Notes: generated by a model not told the origin, from the sequence alone. DNA of 64,000 nucleotides from Rickettsiales bacterium (GCA_031288835.1 JAITQO010000006.1:54884-118883); one strand, 5' to 3'. Numbered from the stretch's first letter, positions 47,254-57,782 are shown. A program made the numbers and translations.

Positions 47254-48203
47254 CGGCGTCGGGATTCGTGCTTTTGGACAAGCCGGAGGGCATAACCAGC
47301 AGGCGGGCGGGCGCCAGGGTCGCGCGGCTCTTCGGCGCGAAAACCTTCGGGCATATCGGCACGCTCGACCCCATGGCGTCGGGGCTTTTGGTCATAGCGC
47401 TGGACGAGGCGACGAAAATGATTCCGTTCCTGGAGGGACAAGGGACGAGGGACGAGGGAAAGGAATATCTCTTTTCCATAAAATGGGGAATCAGGACGGA
47501 TACGGGGGATATCACGGGAAAGATTTCGGAACGGAACGATTCCGTTCCGGAGGAGGCGGAGGTTTTGAAAATACTGCCGGAACTGGTCGGGGAATACGAG
47601 CAGACGCCGCCCGCGTTTTCGGCGAAAAAAATCGGGGGCAAGCCCGCTTACGTCCTTGCGAGAAAAGGATTGGAACCGATATTGCGGCCGAAGAAAATAC
47701 ATGTTTTCGAATTGGAGGCGCTTCGCGCCCGAAACCCGCCCGACGCGCCCGGCGGATTCGCGCTACGCGTCAAATGCTCGCCCGGAACGTATGTCAGGGC
47801 GCTGGCTCAAGATATCGTTTCCGCCGTCAACCGGCGTTCGAAATTCGGGCCGCTGCTTGGAACCTGCGACATGATTCGACGCATAAAAACAAACGGATTC
47901 GACATAAAAGACGGACGCGCCCTTGATTTTTTGGAAAAATTATTTAATAATGGCGAAACGGCGCCGGGCGATTGCCTGATGCCGCCTGATTTCGGGCTGG
48001 ACGGCATTCCGGTCATGAAGTTGGAGCCAAAGGACGCGGAGCTGTTCCGGCACGGCGGATTCGTAAAATCGGAGCCGGCGATTCGCAACGGAGGATTCGT
48101 CCGCATATATTCCGACAGTCGATTCATCGGAATCGGGGAAATAGAGCGGGGCGTCCTGAAACCAAAGCGCGTGCTTTGCGAAAGGCATGCGGAAAACGAC
48201 TGA
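47250..48203 (+). CDS. truB: tRNA pseudouridine(55) synthase
   Basis: GFVLLDKPEGITS and GHIGTLDPMASGLLVIA catalytic Asp motif. Start overlaps the ABC stop. Confidence 0.8.
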   Translation: MTASGFVLLDKPEGITSRRAGARVARLFGAKTFGHIGTLDPMASGLLVIALDEATKMIPFLEGQGTRDEGKEYLFSIKWGIRTDTGDITGKISERNDSVPEEAEVLKILPELVGEYEQTPPAFSAKKIGGKPAYVLARKGLEPILRPKKIHVFELEALRARNPPDAPGGFALRVKCSPGTYVRALAQDIVSAVNRRSKFGPLLGTCDMIRRIKTNGFDIKDGRALDFLEKLFNNGETAPGDCLMPPDFGLDGIPVMKLEPKDAELFRHGGFVKSEPAIRNGGFVRIYSDSRFIGIGEIERGVLKPKRVLCERHAEND

Positions 48204-48216
48204 AAAGGAGTCTCGA

Positions 48217-48489
48217 ATGTCGATAACGAAAGAAGAGAAGACGAAAATTATTGCCGAACACAAGGCGTCGGACAAGGACAACGGCGGGTCGGCGGAATCG
48301 CAGGTGGCGGTTCTGACCTCGCGCATAAACAACCTGACCGGGCATATGAAGGACAATAAGAAAGACCAGCATTCCAAGCGCGGATTGCTCGCGATGGTGA
48401 ACCGCCGCAAGAAACTGCTGGCATACGTCAAGGGGCGGAGCCCCGAGAAATACGAGGAACTTATCAAAAGATTGGGGCTTCGTAAATAA
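48217..48489 (+). CDS. rpsO: 30S ribosomal protein S15
   Basis: 90 aa. GSAESQVAVLTSRINNLTGH...DHHS.RGLL..V..RRKLL.Y. Confidence 0.85.
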   Translation: MSITKEEKTKIIAEHKASDKDNGGSAESQVAVLTSRINNLTGHMKDNKKDQHSKRGLLAMVNRRKKLLAYVKGRSPEKYEELIKRLGLRK

Positions 48490-48624
48490 ACGCGGGCGCG
48501 GCACGGGCCGCGCAGGCGAAAGCAGGAGGGGGATTATTCATTCTTATGTTCGTAAAAAGAACATAACGACGAATGATTTATACTCCTGCAAAAAAGCATA
48601 ACAACAAAATAAAGGAGTATAATT

Positions 48625-50781
48625 ATGCTGTTTGGTTTGATTAAGGACAAGGAACAATTGAACAACCCGGTGACCGTTTCCGTAAAATACGGCGATGAAA
48701 CGCTGACGCTGGAAACGGGCCGCTTCGCGAAGCAGGCGGACGGCGCGGTCATGGCGACGATGGGCGGAACCATGGTTCTCGCGACCGTCTGCGCGGAAAA
48801 AACGGCGGAAGAGGGGCAGGATTTCTTCCCCCTGACCGTGGATTATCAGGAAAAGTTCTCGGCCGCGGGGCGCATCCCCGGCAGCCGCGAGCGGCGCGAG
48901 GGCAGGGCGACGACCGCCGAAACGCTGACCGCGCGGCTGGTTGACAGGCCCATCCGCCCGCTGTTCCCGGACAACTTCAAAAACAGGGTCGAGATTGTGG
49001 CGCAGGTGTTTTCGTATGACAAAAAGAACCAGCCGGATATCATGGCGGTGATTGCGTCGGCGGCGGCGCTGGCGATTTCAGGCATCCCGTTCATGGGGCC
49101 CGTCGCCGCGGCGCGCGTCGGATATGCGGACGGAAAATACATTCTGAACCCGGACAAATCGGAAACCGACGAAGGCGAGATGGACATGGTCGTCGCGGCG
49201 ACGAAAGACGGCGTTCTGATGGTGGAATCGGAAATCGGCGAACTGGATGAAAAGACGACCCTCGGCGCGGTGAAATTCGGATTCGACGAGCAGCAGAAGG
49301 TGCTCAAAGCCATTGGCGAATTGGTCGAAAAAGCCGGGAAGCCGGCGTGGGAAATCGCAGAAAAAACCGGAACCCAAATCGAAATCGAGAAGTTTTGCGA
49401 AAAATACGCGGGCGGAATCGAAGCGTCCCTGGGCATAAAGGAAAAACTGGCGCGTCTGGACGCCTTGGCGGAAATCCGTGCGGCGGCGAAAGCCGAGACT
49501 GCCGAAAAGTTCAAGGAATCGATGGCCGAAAGCGCCCTGAAATCGCTCGCCGACGAGACAATCGAGGGAATCGCGGCGCGGATTATGCGCGGCGCGATTC
49601 TGGCGGGAAAGCCCCGCATCGACGGGCGCGACAACAAAACCGTCCGGCCGATTGAAATCGAGCTGGGCGTTCTGCCGCGCGCGCACGGCTCGGCGCTGTT
49701 CACCCGGGGCGAAACCCAGGCGCTGGTGTCGGCGACCCTGGGCGGCGGCAAAGACGCGCTGCCAATCGAGGGGATTGACGGGCAGAGCGACCAGGACATA
49801 ATACTGAACTATAACTTTCCGGGATATTCGGTGGGCGAGGCGAAAATGCTGAAAAGCCCCGGCCGGCGCGAAATCGGGCACGGCAACCTGGCGTGGCGGG
49901 CGATTCACCCGATGATGCCTTCGCGCGAGCAGTTCGACTATGTAATCCGGATTGTGTCCGACATAATGGAATCGAACGGCTCGTCGTCCATGGCGACGAC
50001 GTGCGGCGCGACTCTCGCCCTTATGGACGGAGGGGTTCCGATAAAGCGCCCCGTCGCCGGAATCGCGATGGGGTTGATTAAAGAGGGCGCCGATTACGCC
50101 GTTCTGACCGACATTCTGGGCGACGAGGACCATCTGGGCGACATGGATTTCAAGGTGACGGGAACGTCCGAGGGAATCACGGCGCTGCAGATGGACATCA
50201 AAATAACCTCCATCACGTTCGAGATTATGGAAAAGGCGCTGGAACAGGCGAAAGACGGCCGCATGCATATCCTGGGCAAAATCGAAAAGGCCATAAAGGC
50301 GCCGCGAAAAAGCGTATCGGAGTTCGCGCCGCAGACGTATTCGATGAAAATCAATCCGGAAAAAATCCGCGAAGTCATCGGAAAGGGCGGCAGCGTGATT
50401 CAGGGCATGGTCAGGGAAACCGGGGCGCAAATCGACCTGGACGACGATGGAAACGTCAAGATTCTGGCCACCAGCAAGGAGCAGGCGGACGACGTCATCG
50501 CGCGAATCAAGGATATTACGGCCGAGCCGGAAGTCGGCGTGATTTACGAGGGCATAGTATCCGGCGTCAAGGACTTCGGCCTGTTCGTGAAGTTCATGGG
50601 CGAAAACGAATCCCTGGTTCACATTTCCGAGATAACGGGCGAGCGGATTGCCAAAATCAACGACGCCAATCTGAAGGAAGGCGACCATGTGTGGGTGAAA
50701 TACCTCGGCAGGGACAACCGCGGAAAAACCCGGCTATCCATGAAGGGAATAGACCAGAAAACGGGAGAAGATGGAAAATAA
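48625..50781 (+). CDS. pnp: polyribonucleotide nucleotidyltransferase (PNPase)
   Basis: Two RNase PH domains, a KH domain and an S1 domain. 718 aa. Confidence 0.9.
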   Translation: MLFGLIKDKEQLNNPVTVSVKYGDETLTLETGRFAKQADGAVMATMGGTMVLATVCAEKTAEEGQDFFPLTVDYQEKFSAAGRIPGSRERREGRATTAETLTARLVDRPIRPLFPDNFKNRVEIVAQVFSYDKKNQPDIMAVIASAAALAISGIPFMGPVAAARVGYADGKYILNPDKSETDEGEMDMVVAATKDGVLMVESEIGELDEKTTLGAVKFGFDEQQKVLKAIGELVEKAGKPAWEIAEKTGTQIEIEKFCEKYAGGIEASLGIKEKLARLDALAEIRAAAKAETAEKFKESMAESALKSLADETIEGIAARIMRGAILAGKPRIDGRDNKTVRPIEIELGVLPRAHGSALFTRGETQALVSATLGGGKDALPIEGIDGQSDQDIILNYNFPGYSVGEAKMLKSPGRREIGHGNLAWRAIHPMMPSREQFDYVIRIVSDIMESNGSSSMATTCGATLALMDGGVPIKRPVAGIAMGLIKEGADYAVLTDILGDEDHLGDMDFKVTGTSEGITALQMDIKITSITFEIMEKALEQAKDGRMHILGKIEKAIKAPRKSVSEFAPQTYSMKINPEKIREVIGKGGSVIQGMVRETGAQIDLDDDGNVKILATSKEQADDVIARIKDITAEPEVGVIYEGIVSGVKDFGLFVKFMGENESLVHISEITGERIAKINDANLKEGDHVWVKYLGRDNRGKTRLSMKGIDQKTGEDGK

Positions 50782-50904
50782 CAATGGGAAAATGGACGGG
50801 GGACAAATAGAAAGCAATAAAATTGCGGTATATCGCAAAATAAATATTTTCAGTTCCTTGTCCCACGTCCCTTTTCCCTTGTCCCCTAACAAAAGGAGCG
50901 GGGC

Positions 50905-51201
50905 ATGGATATGAACGAACTGATGAAGCAGGCGAAGGAACTGCAGGACAAGGTTGCGGCGGCGCAGAACGAACTCGCAAACGTGTCCGTAAAGGGAATC
51001 GCCGGCGCGGGCCTTGCCATCGTGGAACTGGACGGCAAATACAATCTTAAAAAACTGACCATATCTCCGGATTTGCTGAAGGAATCCGCGGGCGACGCGT
51101 CGGCCATGATTTCGGCGGCGTATAACGACGCGAAGGTCAAGGTCGACGCCGTCATCGACAAGGTTATGGGCGAGGCCACCGGAGGAATGAATCTGCCGTG
51201 A
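50905..51201 (+). CDS. ybaB: nucleoid-associated protein YbaB/EbfC
   Basis: LMKQAKELQDK...GAGLAIVELDGKYNLKKLTISPDLL...AAYNDA matches the YbaB family along its full length. Confidence 0.75.
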   Translation: MDMNELMKQAKELQDKVAAAQNELANVSVKGIAGAGLAIVELDGKYNLKKLTISPDLLKESAGDASAMISAAYNDAKVKVDAVIDKVMGEATGGMNLP

Positions 51202-51231
51202 AATACAACATGTGATGCGTGATACTAAAAC

Positions 51232-51307
51232 GGGCGTTTAACTCAGTTGGCAGAGTGTTTGCTTTACATGCAAAATGTCGGGGGTTCGAGTCCCTCAACG
51301 CCCACCA
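51232..51307 (+). tRNA. tRNA-Val (anticodon UAC), CCA encoded
   Basis: Acceptor stem GGGCGTT/AACGCCC. Anticodon stem TTTGC/GCAAA with loop TTTACAT. T-arm GGGGGTTCGAGTCCCTC. 3' ACCA. Confidence 0.85.
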
Positions 51308-51661
51308 AAATGCGACCGCCGCGAAACGCGATATGAAACGAGGATGTGCGGTTTTCCATGCGCTATCGGCAATCGAATCTATATCATACTTCACTTGTCG
51401 CATATCACGCATTATATGCCCCATATCGATTTTTTCTTTGATTTTTTCATGATTTGACTTATAATGCGGGCGACGCGGGCGTGTTGCCTGCGTTGAGGCT
51501 TCAAAACCTTTCCGATGGTGTCCATTGCGGACAAGAGCTCCTGCCGCGGCGGGAGGGCGATGGAATATTTGGAATACATCGCGCAATTCATCGGATTGTT
51601 TTGAACCTCCTGCCACCAATTGAAAACTTGGTGGTTTTTATTAACGCGCGAGGGGGCGTCC

Positions 51662-52231
51662 ATGAGAAAATCGCTGCTGTCGATTTATCTCTTTATATTT
51701 GCGGCCTACGATTCATCCGCGGCGGTGCTGTGCCACGTTCCCAACGGCTTTGCGTGCCCCATAATCGCGAATATGTCGACGGACGGCGGCGGCTACGCTT
51801 CAGGCGGCGGCGGAATCGAAGACACATGGAGCTCGAGCGGGCCGTGGGGCGGCGGCGGCTCGTCGATAGTGATTAACGGATTTTCGCGATGTTCCGACGC
51901 AAGCGGCTCGCCTCTGAGCACGGGCGCTCCCGCGGCCGGCGGCGGGTTAAATTGCTGGTGCCAAATGGTGGTGGATAACGACGTCTTGGGCGCGTGGGTA
52001 TTCATGCAAGAAAGCACCTATACGGGCTGCGCCGCAAACTGCTCGTCCGTCTGCGCGATCAATTTCAGTTATTACTCGCTCGCTCGCTCCGCAATCTGCT
52101 CCCCATCGCCTCATTGCAGCGGCATGGCGGAGATTAAGGACGGCGATTGTCCCGCCGGATACGCGCAATGCGTCGGAACCAAAACCGGCGACGACGACAA
52201 AGGCCGGTATACTATAACCTGCGAAGAATGA
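51662..52231 (+). CDS. secreted Gly/Cys-rich protein
   Basis: Signal peptide MRKSLLSIYLFIFAAYDSSAA. GGGG runs. Nine Cys. C-terminal ...CPAGYAQCVGTKTG...YTITCEE resembles the 62413..62607 product. Confidence 0.45.
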   Translation: MRKSLLSIYLFIFAAYDSSAAVLCHVPNGFACPIIANMSTDGGGYASGGGGIEDTWSSSGPWGGGGSSIVINGFSRCSDASGSPLSTGAPAAGGGLNCWCQMVVDNDVLGAWVFMQESTYTGCAANCSSVCAINFSYYSLARSAICSPSPHCSGMAEIKDGDCPAGYAQCVGTKTGDDDKGRYTITCEE

Positions 52232-52261
52232 TCGTCGGCACGGACGACGCGTGCGATTGAA

Positions 52262-52290
52262 AAAAGCCGCCTTGCGGCGGCTTTTTGGCA
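52262..52290. terminator. bidirectional rho-independent terminator AAAAAGCCGCCTTGCGGCGGCTTTTT (part of a 48-bp duplicated module)
   Basis: Perfect 8-bp GC stem with a TTGC loop and flanking A/T runs. Identical copy at 53863-53890. Confidence 0.6.
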
Positions 52291-52317
52291 GTGCGGCGGG
52301 CATTATCCGCTCCCCTG

Positions 52318-53793
52318 TCACTTTACGTTCTCTTCCAGATATTTCAGGACTACGTCGCGCATCGGGTGGTTCGCCGGCATTTTCTTCGCCGCCTCCGTTT
52401 GTTTCAGCAGGCTGTGCAATTTGACGCCGTATACGCCGGCCAGTCTGTCCGCGGCGCCTTCCTGCTGGCGGTCGATAAGGACAAAGGCGTCGCTGACCTT
52501 GATGCCTTTCGCGGAAAGCTGCTCGCATCCTTCCCAAATCGATTTCCCGCTGGTCACGACATCCTCGATGATAATCGCCGTGTCGCCGTCTTTAAATCTT
52601 CCAACTATGCTGTCCTTGTCGCCGTGCTCTTTCGCGCCTTCCTTGCGCATGGTAACCACGGGTTTGCCCATGTCATAGGCGACGGCATTCCCCAGCGCCA
52701 GCGCGCCATACGGAACGGACGCCACGCGGTCGAACCGGACGCCGGAACGCTCGATTTTCCTCCGCATCAGATAAACGGCCTTCCTAAATAGAGCGGGATA
52801 CGACTGCACCGCGCGGATATCCCAATAAATCGGCGATTTCGTCCCGTTGTTCAGCGTGCGCCAATTCTCCGCGTTCGCGTCAGGCGCGAGCCAAAGTATT
52901 TCCTCGGAAATCATGCCGTCGACGAAATATTCCGAAACCGACCGCATCTCGTAGCCGCCGGCCGCCGCGTCGTTCAGGATGTTCTTCCATTCAAGAGCCG
53001 CCCGGCCCGGCGTCCGCCCGTTCAGATACTTCGGATTTACCAGTCCGCTGGAAATCGGATAAACCGCGTTCGGCCCCGCGTATTTTACAAATTCCAGATT
53101 CCCGCCCTGGCGGCCGAACCCGGGCGCGAGAACCCATGCCGTGTTTTCCGGCGCATAACCTTCTTCAAGTTCGGCCGCGCGGATGTCCCGCATGTCCTCC
53201 GGCTTGGTGCTGCCGACGACCAGGCCGACGCGCCCCGCATCCACCCCCCGCACCTCAAGGGCCATTTGCTGATATATTTTCAGCCCGCCGGCGTTCAGAT
53301 TCTGAACGGGCGTGTCTTCATTGGACGTCGCCGCCAGCGCGAAAACCGCGCATTCAGGCTTCGCGTCAAGATACGGACGTATGGTGTCGGCCTGCCCGGT
53401 ATATGGGGCGACGGTAACTATGTCCGGATCGAAGTTGAGGAAGTCCGCCGCGGCGTATTTCCTCTGGGTATTGCCTATGTCGCCGCGCTTCGCGTCGAGG
53501 ATTTTCAGCAATTCCGGATATTTGGTTTTGGCGTAATGAAAAATTGTCTTCAACGAATCGCGGTTCTGCCATTCGTAAAAACCGAGGTTCGGCTTTATTC
53601 CGACGATATTCTCATGGGTTTCGTCTATCAGACCGACTACATGGTCAACCATCTTGTCTGACACGAGCTCTTGGTTTTCGGGGTCGAGCCCCAGGATAAG
53701 ACGGGAATTCTTTTCCTTCACTTGCTCTGAGAGTTTTTGCAAAGCGTGCATTTTTGCCATTACGAATCCTTTTTCGTTTTTTCTCTCCGGCAC
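52318..53793 (-). CDS. pyrFE: bifunctional orotidine-5'-phosphate decarboxylase / orotate phosphoribosyltransferase (PyrF-PyrE fusion)
   Basis: N-terminal type-2 ODCase (ILGLDP...K...GIKPNLGFY...DAKRGDIGNT). C-terminal OPRTase PRPP loop (IIEDVVTSGKSI). Real start may be an internal Met (MAKMHALQ). Confidence 0.8.
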   Translation of the reverse strand: MPERKNEKGFVMAKMHALQKLSEQVKEKNSRLILGLDPENQELVSDKMVDHVVGLIDETHENIVGIKPNLGFYEWQNRDSLKTIFHYAKTKYPELLKILDAKRGDIGNTQRKYAAADFLNFDPDIVTVAPYTGQADTIRPYLDAKPECAVFALAATSNEDTPVQNLNAGGLKIYQQMALEVRGVDAGRVGLVVGSTKPEDMRDIRAAELEEGYAPENTAWVLAPGFGRQGGNLEFVKYAGPNAVYPISSGLVNPKYLNGRTPGRAALEWKNILNDAAAGGYEMRSVSEYFVDGMISEEILWLAPDANAENWRTLNNGTKSPIYWDIRAVQSYPALFRKAVYLMRRKIERSGVRFDRVASVPYGALALGNAVAYDMGKPVVTMRKEGAKEHGDKDSIVGRFKDGDTAIIIEDVVTSGKSIWEGCEQLSAKGIKVSDAFVLIDRQQEGAADRLAGVYGVKLHSLLKQTEAAKKMPANHPMRDVVLKYLEENVK

Positions 53794-53862
53794 CCGCGAT
53801 GGATTCTAATGCGTTCGGCGCCGGTTTGCAAATGTTTTTTTACGCGAAGCGCGTGCAAGAAA

Positions 53863-53890
53863 AAGCCGCCTTGCGGCGGCTTTTTGGCAG
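53863..53890. terminator. second copy of the bidirectional terminator module
   Basis: Identical 48-bp sequence AAAAAGCCGCCTTGCGGCGGCTTTTTGGCAGTGCGGCGGGCATTAT. Confidence 0.55.
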
Positions 53891-53901
53891 TGCGGCGGGC
53901 A

Positions 53902-54291
53902 TTATTCCTGCGGCTTCGGGCCTTTGCCGGGCACCTTGCCGCCGGGGCCGGGCCTGCCGCCCTCGGGACGCTCGGGCTTCTCTATTCCGCAATCCTCGAA
54001 CGCCTTGTCCAGGCATTCCCGGCTTTCCTTCATAGCCGCCTTTTCCTCTTCGCTCATTTCCGGACGCTCGGGTCTTTCGCCGCGTTCTTTGTCATCCGGC
54101 TTCGCGCCCTCCGGGGCCTTTCTTTCGATTTTCGGGCAATCCGCCTTCTCGACGCACGCCCTTTGCTCCTCGGTCAGGTTCCGCATGAATCCGCCGCCTC
54201 CGGGGCCGCCGCGCTGCGGCGCGGGATTATCATCCGCATAGGACGGAGCGCATATCGCGGCGAACGCCGCAAGCAATGCAAGTTTTTTCAT
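53902..54291 (-). CDS. small secreted Pro/Gly/Glu-rich protein
   Basis: Signal peptide MKKLALLAAFAAICAPSYA. Low-complexity PERPE / GGPGPGG repeats. Confidence 0.4.
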   Translation of the reverse strand: MKKLALLAAFAAICAPSYADDNPAPQRGGPGGGGFMRNLTEEQRACVEKADCPKIERKAPEGAKPDDKERGERPERPEMSEEEKAAMKESRECLDKAFEDCGIEKPERPEGGRPGPGGKVPGKGPKPQE

Positions 54292-54302
54292 CTTCGCGCC
54301 CC

Positions 54303-54563
54303 TTATTTCTGTTTTTCCGGTTTCGCGGAGCCTTTCGGCGCGCCGGCCGGCCGAGCCGCCTTGTCTCCCGGGCGCGGAGGCATGCGGCGCGCGTCGCCGG
54401 GCATTGGGCCGCTGCGGAAATCTCCGCGACGCTCCGATATTCCGTCATGACGGAACCCCATCGGCGGGCGATGGCCTGGGCGAACCGCGCCGTATATGGC
54501 GACGGCCAGCGCTACAATAGACACCGCTATGGCTATTTTTGCCAGTGTTTCCGGTTTTTTCAT
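54303..54563 (-). CDS. small membrane-anchored Pro/Arg-rich protein
   Basis: Single TM near the N-terminus. Basic Pro-rich tail. Confidence 0.35.
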   Translation of the reverse strand: MKKPETLAKIAIAVSIVALAVAIYGAVRPGHRPPMGFRHDGISERRGDFRSGPMPGDARRMPPRPGDKAARPAGAPKGSAKPEKQK

Positions 54564-54666
54564 TTTTTTCTCCTTTGTGTTTAGGGATTTGCGTTTCGGG
54601 TGGCCGGGATTGTCTCGGACCTCGTTTCCTTTCCTCGCAACGCATTATATCACGTCCGCGCGGGAA

Positions 54667-54768
54667 ATGTCACAACATTATTTCGAAATCCGGGCGCGAC
54701 GGAAACCAATTCGGCGCAAACGGGCGCCAAAACATACCCGACGGAGTATAAAAATCCGTTTTTATTAA
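54667..54768 (+). CDS. 33-aa highly basic ORF at the position normally held by rpmH (L34); identity uncertain
   Basis: MSQHYFEIRARRKPIRRKRAPKHTRRSIKIRFY. Arg/Lys-rich like L34 but lacks the conserved MKRTFQPS N-terminus. Confidence 0.2.
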   Translation: MSQHYFEIRARRKPIRRKRAPKHTRRSIKIRFY

Positions 54769-54811
54769 ACACTTTGACAAAATACTATTTTCTGCTAAAA
54801 TGTCAAGAATT

Positions 54812-55123
54812 ATGAAAAATACCATAAAATCTCACAGGGATTTCAATTTCGAGGGAGAGAAGTCCATCTCCACGCCGGCGTTCATCATGAAATACCGGAA
54901 AAAACTGCGCGAAACGGGGGAATACGGCCTGGTTGTCAGCAAAAAGATATTTCCGCACGCGGTTCAGAGAAACCGCGCGAAGCGAATGCTGCGCGAATGG
55001 CTCCGCGGATGCGTTCCGCCAAACGACTTCGACATCCTGCTTATCGCGCGCACGGAAATCCTGCAAACCCCGATGCCGACGGGCGCCAGGCAGATGAAGG
55101 CCATAGTCAAAAAAATCAAATAA
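54812..55123 (+). CDS. rnpA: ribonuclease P protein component
   Basis: GLVVSKKIFPHAVQRNRAKRMLRE RNR motif region. About 104 aa. TTGACA-16-TAAAAT promoter-like sequence at 54774-54801. Confidence 0.65.
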   Translation: MKNTIKSHRDFNFEGEKSISTPAFIMKYRKKLRETGEYGLVVSKKIFPHAVQRNRAKRMLREWLRGCVPPNDFDILLIARTEILQTPMPTGARQMKAIVKKIK

Positions 55124-55196
55124 GCCCGCTTTGCGGGGACATCGGTTGACTATACGACAAATTATGCTATAATCCCGCTTGCTAAAAAGGATTCAT

Positions 55197-55646
55197 ATGT
55201 CAAAACGCGCTATCGCCAAAGTCGCCAAAATGATGGACGAAACCGGCCTGATGGAAATCACCGCGGAATGGTCCGCGTTCTGGGGACTGGTTAGGCGAAA
55301 AATACACTTGTCAAAACAAAATATTTGTATAACAAATGCGGCAATAGATTCCGGCATCAATTCTGAAAAATCCCAAAAAAGCCAAAAAAACTCGGCGGAC
55401 TCGGCAAATGCCGAGGGCGCAATCACGTCGCCCATGGTCGGCGTCGCGTACCTGTCGCCCGAGCCGACGGCAAAGCCTTTCACGGATGTCGGAAAAAAAG
55501 TCATGAAGGGCGACACCCTGTGCCTGGTGGAGGCGATGAAGACGTTCAATCCAATCAAGGCGCCCAGGGACGGCGTGGTCTCCGATATTCTTGTCAAAGA
55601 CGGCGAGACCGTGGAGTTCGGCACGCCTTTGATAATCGTGAAATGA
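55197..55646 (+). CDS. accB: biotin carboxyl carrier protein of acetyl-CoA carboxylase
   Basis: Biotinyl-lysine motif EAMKTFN within the lipoyl-like domain. Confidence 0.8.
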   Translation: MSKRAIAKVAKMMDETGLMEITAEWSAFWGLVRRKIHLSKQNICITNAAIDSGINSEKSQKSQKNSADSANAEGAITSPMVGVAYLSPEPTAKPFTDVGKKVMKGDTLCLVEAMKTFNPIKAPRDGVVSDILVKDGETVEFGTPLIIVK

Positions 55647-56992
55647 AAAGGCAAATCAAAAAGATTTTGATAACGAACAGGGGCGAGATTGCGCTGCGCG
55701 TCATCCGCGCGTGCAGGGACATGGGAATCGCAAGCGTGGCGATATACTCGACGGCCGACGCGGAATCGGCGCACGTCCGCGCGGCGGACGAATCGGTGTG
55801 CGTGGGGCCCGCGCCGACCAAGGATTCGTATCTGAACGAGGGGGCGATTCTGACGGCCGCGCTGCTGACCAACTCGGACGCGATTCATCCCGGATACGGC
55901 TTTTTGTCGGAACGCGCCGAATTCGTGAAAAAGGTCGAGCAGCACGGACTGATTTGGATTGGCCCGTCCAGCGAGACGATCGCCAAGATGGGCGACAAGG
56001 TCGCGGCAAAGAAAACCGCAATCGAATGCGGGCTGCCGGTTGTTCCGGGCAGCGACGGCTCGGTCGAATCATTGGAATCCGCATACGAATGGGCGGACAA
56101 AATCGGGTATCCCGTCATGCTGAAGGCGGCCGCGGGCGGGGGCGGCAAGGGCATGCGCCCCGTGTTTTCCAAGGACGAGATGGCCGAGAACTTCGGACTG
56201 GTCAAGGCGGAATCGAAAAACGCGTTCGGCGACGACACAATCTACATGGAAAAACTGCTTCTACACCCGCGGCACATAGAATTCCAGGTTTTGGCGGACC
56301 ATCACGGCGAGGTCGTGATTATAGGCGAGCGCGACTGCTCGCTGCAGCGCAAAAACCAGAAGATTATGGAGGAATGCCCGGCCGTCGCAATCAATGGGGA
56401 CGAGCGCAGGAAAATGCTCGACGTATGCCGCAGGGCGGTAAAAAAAATGGGCTACGCGAACGCGGGAACGCTGGAATTCATGTATGAAAACGGCGAGTTT
56501 TATTTTCTGGAGATGAACACGCGACTGCAGGTCGAGCATCCGGTGACCGAGCAGGTATACGGGATTGACCTTGTGCGCGAGCAGATTCGCGTCGCGGAGG
56601 GCGAAAAGCTGGGCTTTTCCCAGAAGAGCCTGGCGCCGAAGGGTCACGCGATGGAGTTCAGAATCAACGCCGAAGACCCGGAGACGTTCACGCCGAACCC
56701 GGGGACTCTTTCGCAATACCGCCCGGCCGGGGGATTCGGCGTCCGCGTCGACTCCGCGGCATACGCGGGATACGCGATTCCCCCGAATTACGATTCTTTG
56801 ATTGCGAAACTGATTGTCCACGCCGAAGACAGGCCGTCGTGCCTGAGGCGCGCGTCCCGCGCGCTGAACGAATTCGAGATTTCCGGAGTCAGGACCACAT
56901 TGCCTCTGCAGCGCAGATTGGTTGCGAACGAGGACGTCAAAAACGCGAACTTCGACAACCATTGGCTGGAAAGGTTCCTGTCGAAAAAATAA
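55643..56992 (+). CDS. accC: biotin carboxylase subunit of acetyl-CoA carboxylase
   Basis: MKRQIKKILITNRGEIALRVIRAC N-terminus. ATP-grasp motifs. ATG overlaps the accB stop. Confidence 0.9.
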   Translation: MKRQIKKILITNRGEIALRVIRACRDMGIASVAIYSTADAESAHVRAADESVCVGPAPTKDSYLNEGAILTAALLTNSDAIHPGYGFLSERAEFVKKVEQHGLIWIGPSSETIAKMGDKVAAKKTAIECGLPVVPGSDGSVESLESAYEWADKIGYPVMLKAAAGGGGKGMRPVFSKDEMAENFGLVKAESKNAFGDDTIYMEKLLLHPRHIEFQVLADHHGEVVIIGERDCSLQRKNQKIMEECPAVAINGDERRKMLDVCRRAVKKMGYANAGTLEFMYENGEFYFLEMNTRLQVEHPVTEQVYGIDLVREQIRVAEGEKLGFSQKSLAPKGHAMEFRINAEDPETFTPNPGTLSQYRPAGGFGVRVDSAAYAGYAIPPNYDSLIAKLIVHAEDRPSCLRRASRALNEFEISGVRTTLPLQRRLVANEDVKNANFDNHWLERFLSKK

Positions 56993-57204
56993 GGCGCGGC
57001 GGGCAATCAGCCCCCGTCATTCCGTTGCAGTGCCGAATGGCGCCGACAACGGAAGCCAGATAATATTGTCGCGCGCAAAGCACGGGCCTTATTCATCTGG
57101 ATTCCGGCGTTCCAGCCCTGCGGCGGGCCGCCGGAATGACGAATTATAAGTCACTTTGTCAATACATCACTCTACAGTCTCTTTTCCCTCGTCCCTCGTC
57201 CCTA

Positions 57205-57436
57205 ATTTTTCATTTCACTTTCGCTTCGCTGCGTGTTATGATTAACGCGTATCCGAAGGGAGCCGAGACTTGAAATATCTCGTAGCAAGTGTGTAGGATA
57301 TGCACACAAAATAGTATCCCGCACAGGGCGGGATTGCATCTGCCATATATTGAAAACAGGTGCGATCGTCTTGCTACGATTGTTTCAAAATCCCGCCACC
57401 TTTTGGACACACAACAAACAACCAAAAGGTGGAAAA
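57205..57436 (+). ncRNA. conserved structured 5' leader / cis-regulatory RNA (copy 2)
   Basis: See copy 1. Identical 5' start TTTTTCATTTCACTTTCGC, identical SD-sequestering hairpin and identical 3' end ...CAAACAACCAAAAGGTGGAAAAATG. Confidence 0.45.
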
Positions 57437-57766
57437 ATGGCAAAAAATACCGATGAATTCGCAAGAAAAATAGTAAACAGATACATTATCAGGAATATTG
57501 TCGACGACGTGTTCCTGGCGATTCAGTCCAACGACGACGCCATGGAGGATTACTTGGACTTGATAGAAAGCAGGATATTGGAATCCAAGGCCGGAAGCAG
57601 GAAGGCGGGGGCCGGCCTGCGCAAAGACATAAAGACATCCGTAAAAAACCTGCTGGGTCTCGAAAGTATAGGGACGAACAGGCATCCGGAATCGCATCTG
57701 ATAGAGAGCTATGTCGAGCACAGGCTGAAAAAACGCCGGGATTCGCGGAACGACGCGACGGAATGA
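57437..57766 (+). CDS. small conserved hypothetical protein, paralog of 11854..12183
   Basis: MAKNTDEFARKIV...IVDDVFLAI...RKDIKTSVKNLLGLE...NRHPESHLIESYVEHRLKKR. Confidence 0.5.
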   Translation: MAKNTDEFARKIVNRYIIRNIVDDVFLAIQSNDDAMEDYLDLIESRILESKAGSRKAGAGLRKDIKTSVKNLLGLESIGTNRHPESHLIESYVEHRLKKRRDSRNDATE

Positions 57767-57782
57767 CGGGCCGGACGCGCGC